DNA of 64,000 nt from the NCBI GenBank assembly GCA_028284225.1, contig JANQSD010000011.1, positions 196,333 through 260,332 on the forward strand. The letters are read 5' to 3'. Shown one piece after another: positions 1-10,741 of this stretch; the first letter of the stretch is position 1; each line of letters starts with the position of its first letter. The translations under genes were made by a program, and so were the position numbers. The stretch comes from Arenicellales bacterium. Lineage in GTDB: Bacteria; Pseudomonadota; Gammaproteobacteria; Arenicellales; JAHEKD01. The notes under the pieces are model-generated. The model saw only the letters and a list, made by a program, of their open reading frames with translations. It did not search any database and was not told the origin of the DNA.

Positions 1-2241
1 GGTCCATTAGCCGGAACCAGTGTCGGCACGCACGATATCGACAACGGCGTAACCTCGATTCGCTCACCCAATATCAATATACCGGCTTCTGCAAGCTCAG
101 TCAGTCTATCGTTTTATTACTATATGGCGCACTTGAATAATGCAACTACTGCTGATTTCTTCAGAGCAACCGTAGTCGGCGGTGCCGGTTCTACACAAGT
201 GCTGGAGGAACTTGGGGAAGGTGTGACTGATAATGCTTCCTGGCAACAACAGTCTTTTGACATCAGTGCCTTTGCCGGTCAAACAATCTACCTGCTGTTC
301 GAAGCGGCTGATGCCGCTGGCGGTAGCCTGGTGGAAGCAGCCGTAGATGATGTCGAAATTACTGCTGTAATAGGCAATCAACCGCCAAATGTGACCAATC
401 CTGGCGATCAATTCACCCAGCAAGGCGCTGCCGACAGTTTACAAATTCAGGCAACAGATAACGAAGGAGATACACTGGATTACAGTGCCAGTGGCTTGCC
501 TGATGGGTTATCCATCAACAGTAGTTCTGGTTTAATTAGTGGCACGGTTACCGCAACGCCTCAAGTGTTTAATGTAACTGTTGATGTTGATGACAGTACA
601 AATATCAGTTCGGTTAACTTTAACTGGACGATTACGTCTAATAATAATCCGCCGGTAATCACTAATCCGGGCAATCAAACTAACCAAGAAGGTGATAACG
701 GCATTAGTCTTGCTGTTTCCGCAAGTGATATTGATGGCGATACATTGACCTACGGCGCCACAGGATTACCGCCTGGTTTGTCTATTAACTCATCTACCGG
801 AGTCATTGCCGGCAATTTGGATTTTAATTCAGCCGGTTCATATAACGTGGTGGTGAGTGTTGACGATGGTAATGGCGGTAATGACAGCGCCGGTTTTAAT
901 TGGACAGTCAACAACGTTAACCGTGCACCGACTTTTGATTCAACAATTGCTAACCAGACTAATGATGAAGGTGATTCGGTTAACCTGTCTGCCAGTGCCT
1001 CTGATCCAGACGGCGATACACTTAATTATAGTGCTACCGGGCTACCTGATGGCGTTTCTATTAACAGCAGTACCGGCCTGATTTCCGGAACACTGAGCGC
1101 AGTTTCTGCAGGGAATTACACTGTTGAAGTGACGGTATCAGATGGAAGTTTGACCGATGTTCAAAGCTTTAGCTGGCTGGTCAATGATGTTAATCAACCG
1201 CCGTCTATCACCACTCCTGGTAATCAGGTGAATCAATTATCCGATTCGGTTAATCTGCCCATTCAGGCCAGTGATGCGGATGGTGATAATTTGACCTTCT
1301 CCGCTTCCGGTCTGCCGGATGGGCTAAGTATCGATACCGGCACAGGTGTGATCAGTGGCACCGTCACTACCGCAGCGGTCTTTAATGTCACCGTCGGTGT
1401 CGATGACGGTAATGGCGGTACCGATAGCGTGGCCTTCACCTGGACCGTGAATGACCCCGGCAGCAGTCAGGAAACTATCTATATGAGTTCAACTTCCGGT
1501 GGCACTGTGGGCGGGGTGTCGTTTGCGGATGAAGACATTCTGGCCTTTAATACAGTTACCCAAACCTGGCAAATGTACATTGATGGGTCGGATGTAGGCT
1601 TAAGCGGTTCCGGGGCCCGGGACATTAATGCGTTCACCTTTTTAGCCGATAACAGTATTGTGTTCAGTGTAGTGGGGGCGACCACATTGCCGGATGTAGG
1701 CAGTGTTGATGATTCGGATTTAATCCGGTTTATTCCTACCACCACAGGCACCACCACCAGTGGTACGTTCGAATTTTACTTTGACGGTTCGGACGTGGGC
1801 TTAACGACGAATGGTGAAGACATAGACAGTGTGCATGTGCTGACCAACGGTAATTTGTTAATCGGTACCTTAGGTAGTCATAGTGTGCCGGGTGTATCCG
1901 GATCAGATGAAGATTTGATGCTGTTCACCCCGACCACGTTAGGGACGACCACGAGTGGCAGCTGGAGTTCGTATTTTGATGGTTCCTATGCAGCCTTGGG
2001 AGGTGTGAGTACAGAAGATGTTTATGCGGCCTGGTTAGATCCTATAAATGGTGATATCTACTTAAGTACTCGTGGCACGTACTCGGCACAAGGCCTCACG
2101 GGTGACGGCTCAGATATTTTCATCTGTACTCCGTCTTCGTTGGGAGCGCAGAACACCAGCTGTACATACAGCGCATTTTGGGACGGATCAGCATTTGGTT
2201 ATGGTGCAGAAATCATGGACGGTTTATACATTCAGCGCTGA
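1..2241 (+). CDS. Large secreted multidomain protein, 5' end outside window: MAM-like/peptidase-associated beta domain, four putative Ig (He_PIG-like) repeats, C-terminal FDGSDVGL-repeat domain
   Basis: Frame is open from base 1 (GPLAGTSVGTHDIDNGVTSIRSPNI...). Four ~90-aa repeats of pattern PP.ITNPGNQ...ASD.DGD.L.YSA.GLP.GLSI...TG.ISGT...F.W.V. C-terminal region has three (Y/F)xDGSxxxL repeats. Confidence 0.8.
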   Translation, partial: GPLAGTSVGTHDIDNGVTSIRSPNINIPASASSVSLSFYYYMAHLNNATTADFFRATVVGGAGSTQVLEELGEGVTDNASWQQQSFDISAFAGQTIYLLFEAADAAGGSLVEAAVDDVEITAVIGNQPPNVTNPGDQFTQQGAADSLQIQATDNEGDTLDYSASGLPDGLSINSSSGLISGTVTATPQVFNVTVDVDDSTNISSVNFNWTITSNNNPPVITNPGNQTNQEGDNGISLAVSASDIDGDTLTYGATGLPPGLSINSSTGVIAGNLDFNSAGSYNVVVSVDDGNGGNDSAGFNWTVNNVNRAPTFDSTIANQTNDEGDSVNLSASASDPDGDTLNYSATGLPDGVSINSSTGLISGTLSAVSAGNYTVEVTVSDGSLTDVQSFSWLVNDVNQPPSITTPGNQVNQLSDSVNLPIQASDADGDNLTFSASGLPDGLSIDTGTGVISGTVTTAAVFNVTVGVDDGNGGTDSVAFTWTVNDPGSSQETIYMSSTSGGTVGGVSFADEDILAFNTVTQTWQMYIDGSDVGLSGSGARDINAFTFLADNSIVFSVVGATTLPDVGSVDDSDLIRFIPTTTGTTTSGTFEFYFDGSDVGLTTNGEDIDSVHVLTNGNLLIGTLGSHSVPGVSGSDEDLMLFTPTTLGTTTSGSWSSYFDGSYAALGGVSTEDVYAAWLDPINGDIYLSTRGTYSAQGLTGDGSDIFICTPSSLGAQNTSCTYSAFWDGSAFGYGAEIMDGLYIQR

Positions 2242-2262
2242 GCTCAGTTAATACTTAACTCT

Positions 2263-2294
2263 GAAAAAACCGGAGGTTTACCTCCGGTTTTTTC
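2263..2294 (+). terminator. Rho-independent terminator (bidirectional type)
   Basis: GAAAAAACCGGAGG-TTTA-CCTCCGGTTTTTTC perfect hairpin with T tract, just after the stop at 2241. Confidence 0.9.
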
Positions 2295-2420
2295 TATCTG
2301 CGACAAGATTGCTTTGTTAGAGTGAAAAAATCGTCTATTATTGGCTAGTCAGTAATTTGAGTACACGAGTATCTTATGCCGAGTTCCAATTTAGTAAAGC
2401 ACGATCAGACGATCGATGAC

Positions 2421-2753
2421 ATGATTAATATTACACAAGCAGCCAAACAGAAGTTTATTTCGCTGCTGGAAGAAGCCGATGATAATATTCTTGGCGTTAG
2501 GGTATATGTCGCCGGGGGAGGTTGTAGTGGTATGCAATATGGAATGACATTTGCTGATCAACAGTCAGACTATGATTATCAGATGAATGATGACAAGTTG
2601 AGTTTATTGATTGATCCGGTGGCCTTGAATTATATGGAAGGCGCCGAGATTGATTTTGTCGATGATGGCGTTAATGCCACGTTTGTATTCAACAATGTAT
2701 TCCAGTCCGTTGGTGGCAGTGGTGCCTGTGGCGGATGTGGTTCAGCGGTATAA
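2421..2753 (+). CDS. erpA: A-type Fe-S cluster carrier, HesB/IscA/ErpA family
   Basis: MINITQAAK start, GGGCSGMQYG motif, C-terminal CGGCG. An alternative start exists at 2376. Confidence 0.8.
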   Translation: MINITQAAKQKFISLLEEADDNILGVRVYVAGGGCSGMQYGMTFADQQSDYDYQMNDDKLSLLIDPVALNYMEGAEIDFVDDGVNATFVFNNVFQSVGGSGACGGCGSAV

Positions 2754-2758
2754 TCTTG

Positions 2759-3000
2759 AAACCTAAATTCCTCAGTTGACCGCTGTGAAATACACTTAAG
2801 TTTATGAATTCAAATGTAAATATACCTATTCATGTGCTCACCTTATGGGTGAGTGCGCTACCGGCTTTAAGGCGGGTTAAAATCCGCTGCTGCTGTGTTA
2901 TGGATTTTGTCAGTAGAACAACTACTCGCTGCAATCCATGCCTTGCAACAGCATATTTTACCCACACCTTAAAACCGGTCCAACTGAAGATTCTAGGTTT
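2759..3000. mobile_element. MITE-like palindromic element, family A, full copy
   Basis: Imperfect terminal inverted repeats AAACCTAAATTCCTCAGTTG-ACCG / CGGTCCAACTGAAGATTCTAGGTTT, long internal hairpin centred on AGTAGAACAACTACT, second copy at 22228-22400. Confidence 0.75.
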
Positions 3001-3012
3001 AAAGCTATAGAA

Positions 3013-4095
3013 ATGACCGATAATAACGAATTCAAAGAGTTACGCGAAAAGATTGATGTTATTGATCAACAGATCCAGGATTTGATTAACAGGCGTGTTG
3101 AACACGCCGTTGATATCGCCAAGATTAAGCAAAAATCACAAAACGCTGAGTTTTATAAACCTGATCGCGAAGCTCAAGTATTGCGCGAAGTCATTAACCG
3201 TAATCAAGGCCCGATGCCCGATGAAGAAATGGCACGTGTATTTCGGGAGATTATGTCAGCCACTTTATCAGTTGAGTCCCAAATCAAGGTTGCTGCATTA
3301 GGCCCGATTGGTACGTATACGCAAACAGCCGCGCAGAAACATTTTGGTAAATCCGCTGAAATTATTCTCAAGCCAACCATAGAGGAAGTATTCCGGGCGG
3401 TGCAAACACATGATGCCGATTATGGCGTGGTGCCGGTGGAAAATTCATCTGAAGGTGCGGTAACTCATACTCTTGACCTGATGATGGAAACGCCGTTAAA
3501 AATTTGTGGTGAGGTTGAACTGAGAATTCGTCATTGCCTGTTGAGTCAGGATCAGGATTTATCAAAGGTCATACGTGTTTTTTCACACAGTCAATCGTTG
3601 GCCCAATGTCGGCGCTGGCTCTCGACCCATTTGTCCATGGTAGAAAAAAGGGCCGTTGCCAGTAATGCCGAGGCGGCTGAAAAAGTGTCTCTGGAGACAG
3701 GTACGGCTGCGATTGCCAGTAAATCAGCCGCAGAAGTTTATGGCTTGAATATCCTTGCTGAAGATATTGAAGACAATCCCGGCAACACCACTCGTTTTCT
3801 GTTGATCGGGCATAATGATGTGCCGATTAGTGGCGATGACAAAACCAGCTTGCTAATTGCCGGTAAAAATAAGCCTGGAATCTTATATAAATTATTAGAA
3901 CCGTTTGCGGTTAACGGTCTGGATATGACCCGTATCGAATCCAGGCCGTCACGTACGGGGCTGTGGGAATATGTATTTTTTATCGACATTAAAGGCCATG
4001 CCCAAGACCAGAACATTGCTCAAGTTTTAGGTCAGCTAGAAGAGATTGCAGGCATGTACAAAGTTCTGGGTTCTTACCCCGCCGCAGTTTTATAA
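3013..4095 (+). CDS. pheA: Chorismate mutase/prephenate dehydratase (P-protein)
   Basis: LREKIDVID CM domain, PVENSSEG, NTTRFL, ACT domain with IESRPS. Start placed at MTDNNEF because upstream codons lie in the repeat. Confidence 0.95.
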   Translation: MTDNNEFKELREKIDVIDQQIQDLINRRVEHAVDIAKIKQKSQNAEFYKPDREAQVLREVINRNQGPMPDEEMARVFREIMSATLSVESQIKVAALGPIGTYTQTAAQKHFGKSAEIILKPTIEEVFRAVQTHDADYGVVPVENSSEGAVTHTLDLMMETPLKICGEVELRIRHCLLSQDQDLSKVIRVFSHSQSLAQCRRWLSTHLSMVEKRAVASNAEAAEKVSLETGTAAIASKSAAEVYGLNILAEDIEDNPGNTTRFLLIGHNDVPISGDDKTSLLIAGKNKPGILYKLLEPFAVNGLDMTRIESRPSRTGLWEYVFFIDIKGHAQDQNIAQVLGQLEEIAGMYKVLGSYPAAVL

Positions 4096-5175
4096 GTGTT
4101 TGATCCATACTCAGTGGCGTTGCCCGCAGTGGCGGACTTAAGCCCGTATCAACCCGGCAAACCCCAGGAAGAACTAAAACGTGAACTCGGACTGGACCGA
4201 GTCATAAAACTGGCGTCAAATGAAAACCCGCTCGGTTGTTCGCCGAAAGCATTAGCAGTATTAAAACAGCCGGTTGACCTGGCCCGTTATCCAGATGGTA
4301 ATGCGTACCAATTGAAGCAGGCATTAGCACAAAAACTTAACATTAACAGTGATCAGCTAACTATAGGTAACGGTTCTAGTGAAGTGCTGGAACTGTTAGT
4401 CAAAGCTTTTGTAACTGCCCGGGATAAAGTCGTTATCTCCCAGCATTCGTTCGCCCTTTACTATTTGGCTGCTCAAGCCGTTAATGCTGATATTTGCATT
4501 GTTCCGGCAAGTCATTGGCAACATGATTTAAAGCAAATGTCATCCCTGGCTAATGATGCCAAACTGGTATTTATTGCTAACCCGAATAATCCCACTGGCA
4601 GTTACCATAGTCTTGATTCAATCAGGGTGTTTTTAAATTCGTTGCCAGAATCGGTACTGGTAGTGATTGACGAAGCCTATATTGAGTACGTTACCGAAGA
4701 TGGTTCAGCACTAAGTTTACTGAATGAATTTCCAAACCTGGTGATTACCCGGACTTTTTCAAAAGTGTATGGCTTAGCGGGGCTGCGAATCGGCTATTGT
4801 GTTTCATCAGCACAAATTGCAGATTTATTAAATCGGGTCCGCTTGCCGTTCAATGCTAACACCCAGGCTCAAAACGCCGCGATTGCAGCATTGTTTGATC
4901 AGGAATTCATTGATCAGAGTATTAAGCTGAATCTGCAACAAAAACAAGTGATCTATGATGGCTTTGAACGCTTAAGATTAGACTTTATTGAATCACAGGG
5001 GAATTTTGTTAGTGTTCAAGTGGGTGACGAGCTTGGTGTTTACCAAAGTATGTTGGCGCAAGGCATCATCGTTAGACCGATTGGTAATTACCAAATGCCG
5101 GGATGGCTCAGGTTTACCATTGGGCTTGAGCAAGAAAACCAACAAGCGTTGGCCGCTTTGTCGAAAGCGATATAG
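4096..5175 (+). CDS. hisC: Histidinol-phosphate aminotransferase
   Basis: KLASNENPLG, NPNNPTG, DEAY, RTFSKVYGLAGLRIGY (PLP lysine). Confidence 0.95.
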   Translation: MFDPYSVALPAVADLSPYQPGKPQEELKRELGLDRVIKLASNENPLGCSPKALAVLKQPVDLARYPDGNAYQLKQALAQKLNINSDQLTIGNGSSEVLELLVKAFVTARDKVVISQHSFALYYLAAQAVNADICIVPASHWQHDLKQMSSLANDAKLVFIANPNNPTGSYHSLDSIRVFLNSLPESVLVVIDEAYIEYVTEDGSALSLLNEFPNLVITRTFSKVYGLAGLRIGYCVSSAQIADLLNRVRLPFNANTQAQNAAIAALFDQEFIDQSIKLNLQQKQVIYDGFERLRLDFIESQGNFVSVQVGDELGVYQSMLAQGIIVRPIGNYQMPGWLRFTIGLEQENQQALAALSKAI

Positions 5176-5177
5176 CG

Positions 5178-6077
5178 ATGTTTAGTTGTAGAAAACTCGT
5201 TGTGATTGGTGCCGGATTAATCGGCGGATCAATGATTAAAGCGCTACGTCAGGCCGGGGCTGATGTCGAACAAATCGTTGTCGTGGGGCGCAATATGCAA
5301 GTCCTCGAGCACGCCAAGCAACAGGGCTATATCGATAATTACAGTAATGACTCGTCAACAGCCGTAAAAGATGCTGATGTGGTAGTGGTCGGTACGCCGG
5401 TCGGTGCTATTGGGCAGCAATTAGAGGCTATCTATCCAAATCTGGCGGATGATTGTATTGTTAGCGATGTCGGCAGTGTTAAGCAGCACGTAGTAAATGT
5501 GGCCCGTCAATCACTAAAACAGCATAGTTCTCGTTTTATTCCGGCTCATCCAATTTCTGGCACAGAACATTCCGGTTTTAATGCATCGTTTGCTGAATTA
5601 TTCGCAGGTCGATTTACGATTATTACACCGTTAAGTGACAATGATCTGGCGCATATCGATAAAATCAAGCAGCTCTGGCAGACAGTCGGCAGCCAGGTGT
5701 TGGAAATGAGCGTAGCCAGTCACGATCAGATTTTTGCTGCCACCAGCCATTTGCCACATGTGCTGGTTTATGCTCTGGTCAACACCATCAGCCGATTGGA
5801 GGATGCCGATAAGTATTTTCAGGTGGTTGCAGGTGGATTTCTGGATTACACCCGCATCGCCTCCAGTGACGCGGTGATGTGGCGCGATGTATGTTTGACT
5901 AATAAGCAATCGATTCTGGATATGATAGAACAATACAAAACTCAACTGTCAGCGTTACAAGCGCTGATTGAAAATGAGAATGCGCAGGCGATTGAGCAGG
6001 AATTCAAGTTAGCTAAAAAAGTCCGCGATGAACTGGTTGATAAACGCTTGCAACAAAAACAAACCTCATCAAAATGA
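5178..6077 (+). CDS. tyrA: Prephenate/arogenate dehydrogenase
   Basis: GAGLIGGS, SDVGSVK, HPISGTE, SHLPH, TRIASSD; position in pheA-hisC-tyrA-aroA operon. Confidence 0.93.
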   Translation: MFSCRKLVVIGAGLIGGSMIKALRQAGADVEQIVVVGRNMQVLEHAKQQGYIDNYSNDSSTAVKDADVVVVGTPVGAIGQQLEAIYPNLADDCIVSDVGSVKQHVVNVARQSLKQHSSRFIPAHPISGTEHSGFNASFAELFAGRFTIITPLSDNDLAHIDKIKQLWQTVGSQVLEMSVASHDQIFAATSHLPHVLVYALVNTISRLEDADKYFQVVAGGFLDYTRIASSDAVMWRDVCLTNKQSILDMIEQYKTQLSALQALIENENAQAIEQEFKLAKKVRDELVDKRLQQKQTSSK

Positions 6078-7378
6078 TTATTAATTACTTAGTTCAACCG
6101 GGCGGTCGCTTTAGTGGTGAAATTACAGTTCCCGGAGATAAATCGATTTCTCACCGCAGTGTCATTTTCGGGGCGTTATGCGATGGCGTTACCGAGGTCA
6201 GCGGTTTACTCCAGGGTATGGATGTGTTGGCTACAATCCACGCATTTCGTGAAATGGGTGTTTTTATTGATGGTCCGGATGGTGGTCATTTGGTGATTCA
6301 CGGCAATGGTTTGCGCGGCTTGAGTGCTCCGCATGGAAGTCTTGATCTGGGCAATTCAGGCACCAGTATGCGATTACTAACCGGCTTGCTTTCGGCCCAG
6401 CAATTTGACTCGACCCTGGTTGGCGATGAATCGTTAAGCAAACGGCCAATGATGCGGGTGATAAAACCGCTTTCGGCCATGGGCGCCACTATCAATGCCA
6501 GTGCCAACGGCACGCCGCCGGTGCAAATAAGCGGTGGCAGCCAGATAAGCAGCCAGGCATTCAAGCTGGAAATTGCCAGTGCCCAGGTGAAATCGGCGCT
6601 TTTGTTGGCAGGGCTGTATGCCGATTCACCAATCAGTGTAACTGAGCCGGTTAAAACTCGCGATCATACTGAGCGAATGTTAGCGGACATGGGCTGTGAA
6701 ATTGAAACTGCCGATTTGACCATTCGTTTACATCCACCCTCAATGTTGCAAGCCAAGGCGATTAATGTGCCTGCTGATATCTCCTCAGCTGCATTTTTTA
6801 TGGTGGGTGCAAGCATAGCCAGGGATTCAAAGTTACTGATTAAAAACGTCGGGATCAATCCTACCCGAACCGGCGTAATCGAGATTTTGCAGCTGATGGG
6901 TGCAAACATCAACTTACTCAACCCGCGCCAGTCAACAGGAGAACCGGTAGCAGATATTGAAGTCTGTTCCGGTGATTTGCAAGGTATACAAATTCCCGAG
7001 TCCCTGGTTGCCTCGGCCATTGATGAGTTCCCGGTTCTAATGATCGCAGCAGCTTGCGCCAAAGGCCAAACAGTGGTTACCGGCGCCAGAGAATTGCGGG
7101 TAAAGGAAAGTGACCGCATTGCGTCCATGGTTACAGGGCTAAAAGTTTTGGGTATTGATGCCAAAGAACTTGAAGATGGAATGATCGTTGAAGGCGGTCA
7201 GATTCAAGGCGGTGAAGTGGAAAGCTACGACGATCACCGCATATCAATGGCGTTTGCCATGGCTGGGCTGGCGAGCCAGGCACCCATCAAAATTAATGAC
7301 TGCCGAAACGTGGCGACGTCATTTCCGGGGTTTGACCAGTTAGCTGTTCAAGCCGGGTTAAATCTGGAGGTGGTGTAA
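6074..7378 (+). CDS. aroA: EPSP synthase
   Basis: PGDKSISHR, GNSGT, SAQVKSA, RDHTE, ELRVKESDR, DHR. Confidence 0.97.
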   Translation: MIINYLVQPGGRFSGEITVPGDKSISHRSVIFGALCDGVTEVSGLLQGMDVLATIHAFREMGVFIDGPDGGHLVIHGNGLRGLSAPHGSLDLGNSGTSMRLLTGLLSAQQFDSTLVGDESLSKRPMMRVIKPLSAMGATINASANGTPPVQISGGSQISSQAFKLEIASAQVKSALLLAGLYADSPISVTEPVKTRDHTERMLADMGCEIETADLTIRLHPPSMLQAKAINVPADISSAAFFMVGASIARDSKLLIKNVGINPTRTGVIEILQLMGANINLLNPRQSTGEPVADIEVCSGDLQGIQIPESLVASAIDEFPVLMIAAACAKGQTVVTGARELRVKESDRIASMVTGLKVLGIDAKELEDGMIVEGGQIQGGEVESYDDHRISMAFAMAGLASQAPIKINDCRNVATSFPGFDQLAVQAGLNLEVV

Positions 7379-8055
7379 TGAATACCAATCAGGATGTTTA
7401 CATTCTCGCGATAGACGGCCCGGTTGGATCGGGCAAGGGGACTATAGGACAAATGATCGCCAAGCATTATGGCTGGCATTATCTGGACAGTGGGGCGCTG
7501 TATCGGGCTTTTTCCTATGCCGCCGATCAAAACGGAATATCGAGCGTAGATGATCAAGCCTTGCGTGAGCTTATTAACACCTTGGATATTATGTTTATTC
7601 CGACTGAGGATGGCGGTGCAGCTATTCAGATTAATGGTGAAGATGTAACCGACAAAGTTCGCCACGAAGATGCAGGTAAGCTTGCTTCAGAATATGCCGG
7701 TAAGCCTGTGGTTCGGGAGATACTGTTTGATTTACAAAAACGCGCCGCCAGGGCACCAGGGCTGGTTGCCGACGGGCGTGACATGGGCAGTGTGGTATTT
7801 CCGCAGGCGGACTTAAAAATCTTTCTCACCGCCAGCGCAAAAAGCCGTGCACAAAGACGATATAAACAGTTGAAACTAAAGGGTTTCGATGTTAACCTTA
7901 CGCGCCTTGTCGAGGACATAGAGCTACGTGACCAACAAGATGCGACACGGACACATTCGCCGTTGGTCCCGGCTGCCGATGCAATCGTTTTGGACACGAC
8001 TTCAATGAATATTGAACAAGTGTTTGAAAAGATAGTTTCGCTCATCGATAAGTAA
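7378..8055 (+). CDS. cmk: Cytidylate kinase
   Basis: IDGPVGSGKGT, LDSGALYR, DGRDMGSVVFP. Confidence 0.97.
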   Translation: MNTNQDVYILAIDGPVGSGKGTIGQMIAKHYGWHYLDSGALYRAFSYAADQNGISSVDDQALRELINTLDIMFIPTEDGGAAIQINGEDVTDKVRHEDAGKLASEYAGKPVVREILFDLQKRAARAPGLVADGRDMGSVVFPQADLKIFLTASAKSRAQRRYKQLKLKGFDVNLTRLVEDIELRDQQDATRTHSPLVPAADAIVLDTTSMNIEQVFEKIVSLIDK

Positions 8056-8137
8056 TGGTGACAATGCCTCCCCACCTTTATGAGGTATTGTTAAAGATTA
8101 ACATTTAACATACGTACTTTCGTACCGAGAACAATCC

Positions 8138-9826
8138 ATGTCAGAAAGTTTCGCTGAACTATTCGAACAGAGTATTAAAGATAAAATTATGCAACCCGGC
8201 AAGGTTATTGATGCCGAAGTTGTAAAAGCCGACAACGATTTCGTTATTGTCAATGCTGGCCTTAAATCCGAAGCCGAGATTCCCGCTTCCCAATTCAAAG
8301 ACGATCAAGGCAACCTTGCGGTAAAGCCCGGTGATGTGGTCCAGGTGGCACTAGAGTCGCTGGAAGACGGTTTTGGACAAACGCGCCTGTCGCGTGAAAA
8401 AGCACAGCGCTTGAGAGCCTGGGAAGAGCTGGAGTCTATTCATGCCGAAGATGGGCTGGTTTCCGGCCGCATAACCGGCCGTGTCAAAGGCGGATTTACT
8501 GTAACCGTCAAAGATATTCGGGCATTCCTGCCGGGCTCACAGGTCGATGTGCGTCCGGTCAAAGACCCTGAGTCACTGGAAAATGAAATATTTGATTTCA
8601 AATTAATTAAACTGGATCGAGTTCGCAACAATATCGTTGTTTCACGCCGTGCAGTGGTCGAAAATGAAATGTCGGCTGAGCGTGAAGAATTGCTCTCCAA
8701 CCTGGAAGAAGGTCAAATCATCACCGGTGTGGTCAAAAATATCACTGATTACGGTGCCTTTGTTAATCTTGGTGGCCTCGATGGGCTATTACACATTACT
8801 GACCTGGCCTGGAAACGGGTTAAGCATCCGTCTGAGGTGCTGGAACTGGGTCAGGAAATTCAGGCTCGGGTGCTTAAGTTTGATCGCGATAAAAACCGCG
8901 TATCGCTTGGCTTAAAGCAGCTGACCGAAGATCCGTGGCAAGACTTGTCACGCCGTTATCCTGAAGGAGCACGTATTTTCGGCAAAGTCACCAATATCAC
9001 TGATTACGGTGCATTTGTTGAGCTTGAAGACGGTGTGGAAGGCCTGGTGCACTCATCAGAGATGGACTGGACCAACAAAAACGTACATCCGTCCCGGGTT
9101 TGCCATATTGGCGATGAAGTTGAAGTCATGGTGCTGGATGTTGACAATGAGCGTCGCCGTATTTCACTGGGTATGAAACAATGTCAGCCTAATCCTTGGG
9201 AAGAATTTGCAGTCAGCCATAATAAAGGCGATCAAATCACCGGCAATATCAAATCAATTACAGACTTTGGTGTATTTGTGGGTCTGGATGGCGGTATTGA
9301 CGGCTTGATTCACTTAAGCGACTTATCCTGGGACATGACCAGTGAAGAAGCAGTGCGCCAGTATAAGAAAGGTGACGAGGTCACGGCAGTGGTATTGGCT
9401 GTAGATGCCGAGCGTGAGCGAATTTCCTTAGGATTGAAACAGGCTTCGGGCGATCCATTTACACAATATGTCTCTGAGCATCCCAAAGGTGTTAAAGTGA
9501 CAGCAGTAGCTAAGGAAGTAGACAGGCGTGGTGTTGTAGCTGAACTGGGCGAAGGCATTGATGCTTATATGCGTGCATCAGAAGCTGCCCGCGACCCGGT
9601 TGATGATGTGACTAAAATCATTAATTCAGGTGATTCATTTGAAGCTAAAATCACCAGTATTGATCGTAAAGCACGCAAAATCATGTTATCGATCCGTGCA
9701 CTTGAACTGGATCTTGAAGATGAGGCGCTGGAAGAATATTCACGTCAATCTGTCTCATCAACGACTTTGGGTGATAAACTAAAAGAACAATTAATGGGTG
9801 CAGGTTCATCTGAAGCAGACTCCTGA
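8138..9826 (+). CDS. rpsA: 30S ribosomal protein S1
   Basis: [10 protein letters not shown] start, repeated S1 domains (TDYGAFV...GL.H). Confidence 0.98.
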   Translation: MSESFAELFEQSIKDKIMQPGKVIDAEVVKADNDFVIVNAGLKSEAEIPASQFKDDQGNLAVKPGDVVQVALESLEDGFGQTRLSREKAQRLRAWEELESIHAEDGLVSGRITGRVKGGFTVTVKDIRAFLPGSQVDVRPVKDPESLENEIFDFKLIKLDRVRNNIVVSRRAVVENEMSAEREELLSNLEEGQIITGVVKNITDYGAFVNLGGLDGLLHITDLAWKRVKHPSEVLELGQEIQARVLKFDRDKNRVSLGLKQLTEDPWQDLSRRYPEGARIFGKVTNITDYGAFVELEDGVEGLVHSSEMDWTNKNVHPSRVCHIGDEVEVMVLDVDNERRRISLGMKQCQPNPWEEFAVSHNKGDQITGNIKSITDFGVFVGLDGGIDGLIHLSDLSWDMTSEEAVRQYKKGDEVTAVVLAVDAERERISLGLKQASGDPFTQYVSEHPKGVKVTAVAKEVDRRGVVAELGEGIDAYMRASEAARDPVDDVTKIINSGDSFEAKITSIDRKARKIMLSIRALELDLEDEALEEYSRQSVSSTTLGDKLKEQLMGAGSSEADS

Positions 9827-9867
9827 GAGTCTTGAAGATAACTTGAACAATAATCAGGACTTGAAGA

Positions 9868-10146
9868 ATGACAAAATCTGAATTAATTGAACAATTGGCA
9901 GAGCAACAGCCACATTTAGCTTACAGGGATGTTGAGTTTGCTGTTAATCAAATTCTGGACTATGTCTGCAACGCGCTCGCCAATGGCGAGCGCGTTGAAA
10001 TTCGGGGGTTTGGCAGCTTATCGCTGCACTATCGCCCGGAACGGGTAGGGCGGAATCCAAAAACCGGTGATCGTGTTTATGTGCCGGCCAAACATGTGCC
10101 GCACTTTAAACCCGGCCGTGAACTTCGGGAAAGGGTTGACCGATAA
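9868..10146 (+). CDS. ihfB: Integration host factor beta subunit
   Basis: [27 protein letters not shown]; follows rpsA. Confidence 0.97.
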   Translation: MTKSELIEQLAEQQPHLAYRDVEFAVNQILDYVCNALANGERVEIRGFGSLSLHYRPERVGRNPKTGDRVYVPAKHVPHFKPGRELRERVDR

Positions 10147-10169
10147 CCGAATAATGCGATAATCATCTT

Positions 10170-10463
10170 ATGAAAAAGATTATCAATATCCTGTTGTTAT
10201 TGGTCTTTTTTGTGCTGGCTTTCACTTTCGCGCAAAAAAACCAGCAACTGGTTAGCATCAATTACTATGCCGGCCTGTCCACCGAAACCCAGGTTTATCT
10301 CGCTATCTTTGTCTCGCTGGGCATTGGTTTAATTCTCGGCTATTTGATCAGCATGGCTGCGAGATTACGCACACGTGGCGAAATGAAAAAAGCCCAACAA
10401 CAAGCCAAAGACGCCCAAGAACGACTGGACAAAATCAAAAACCAGCAAGAACTGGCAACATAA
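10170..10463 (+). CDS. lapA: Lipopolysaccharide assembly protein A (DUF1049)
   Basis: Two TM segments around N.Q.V.INY followed by a basic coiled-coil tail; canonical position after ihfB. Confidence 0.8.
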   Translation: MKKIINILLLLVFFVLAFTFAQKNQQLVSINYYAGLSTETQVYLAIFVSLGIGLILGYLISMAARLRTRGEMKKAQQQAKDAQERLDKIKNQQELAT

Positions 10464-10741
10464 TAAATAATTTCCGAAAGACAGCCCAGAGTGTCCGGTT
10501 CGGCTATCTTTGTTCTTTCTGACATCAGGAAATTAACTAAGAGTTAGTCGACAATATCTCTAGAGTCGTTGCGAGTACCCAAAAGGCATAAAGAGTCGAA
10601 AACGACGCGGCGATACATGGTGCCTATCTTGTCACTAACATTTATCCCTAAAAAGGAGTTTCTTCTTCTCAGTTACAGAATCTGTCTATTAGCGATAATT
10701 ATTTTGTTAATCTAATATACCTTTCTCATTAGGCTACTCCC

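Noticed and set aside
376-1455. DNA repeat array or CRISPR-like periodicity
   Set aside because: The periodicity is explained by protein-level Ig repeats; there are no identical repeats with unique spacers here or elsewhere in the window.
2804-3012. 68-aa ORF and the N-terminal extension of pheA from 2938
   Set aside because: Both lie within the MITE-like element; PheA homology starts at about MTDNNEF (3013).
6664-8075. Long antisense ORFs (166 aa, 149 aa) and similar shadow ORFs throughout the track
   Set aside because: They overlap well-conserved genes on the opposite strand and show no recognisable motifs.
10476-10512. Terminator after lapA
   Set aside because: The stem AAAGACAGCC/GGCTATCTTT has a mismatch and a long loop, too weak to call.
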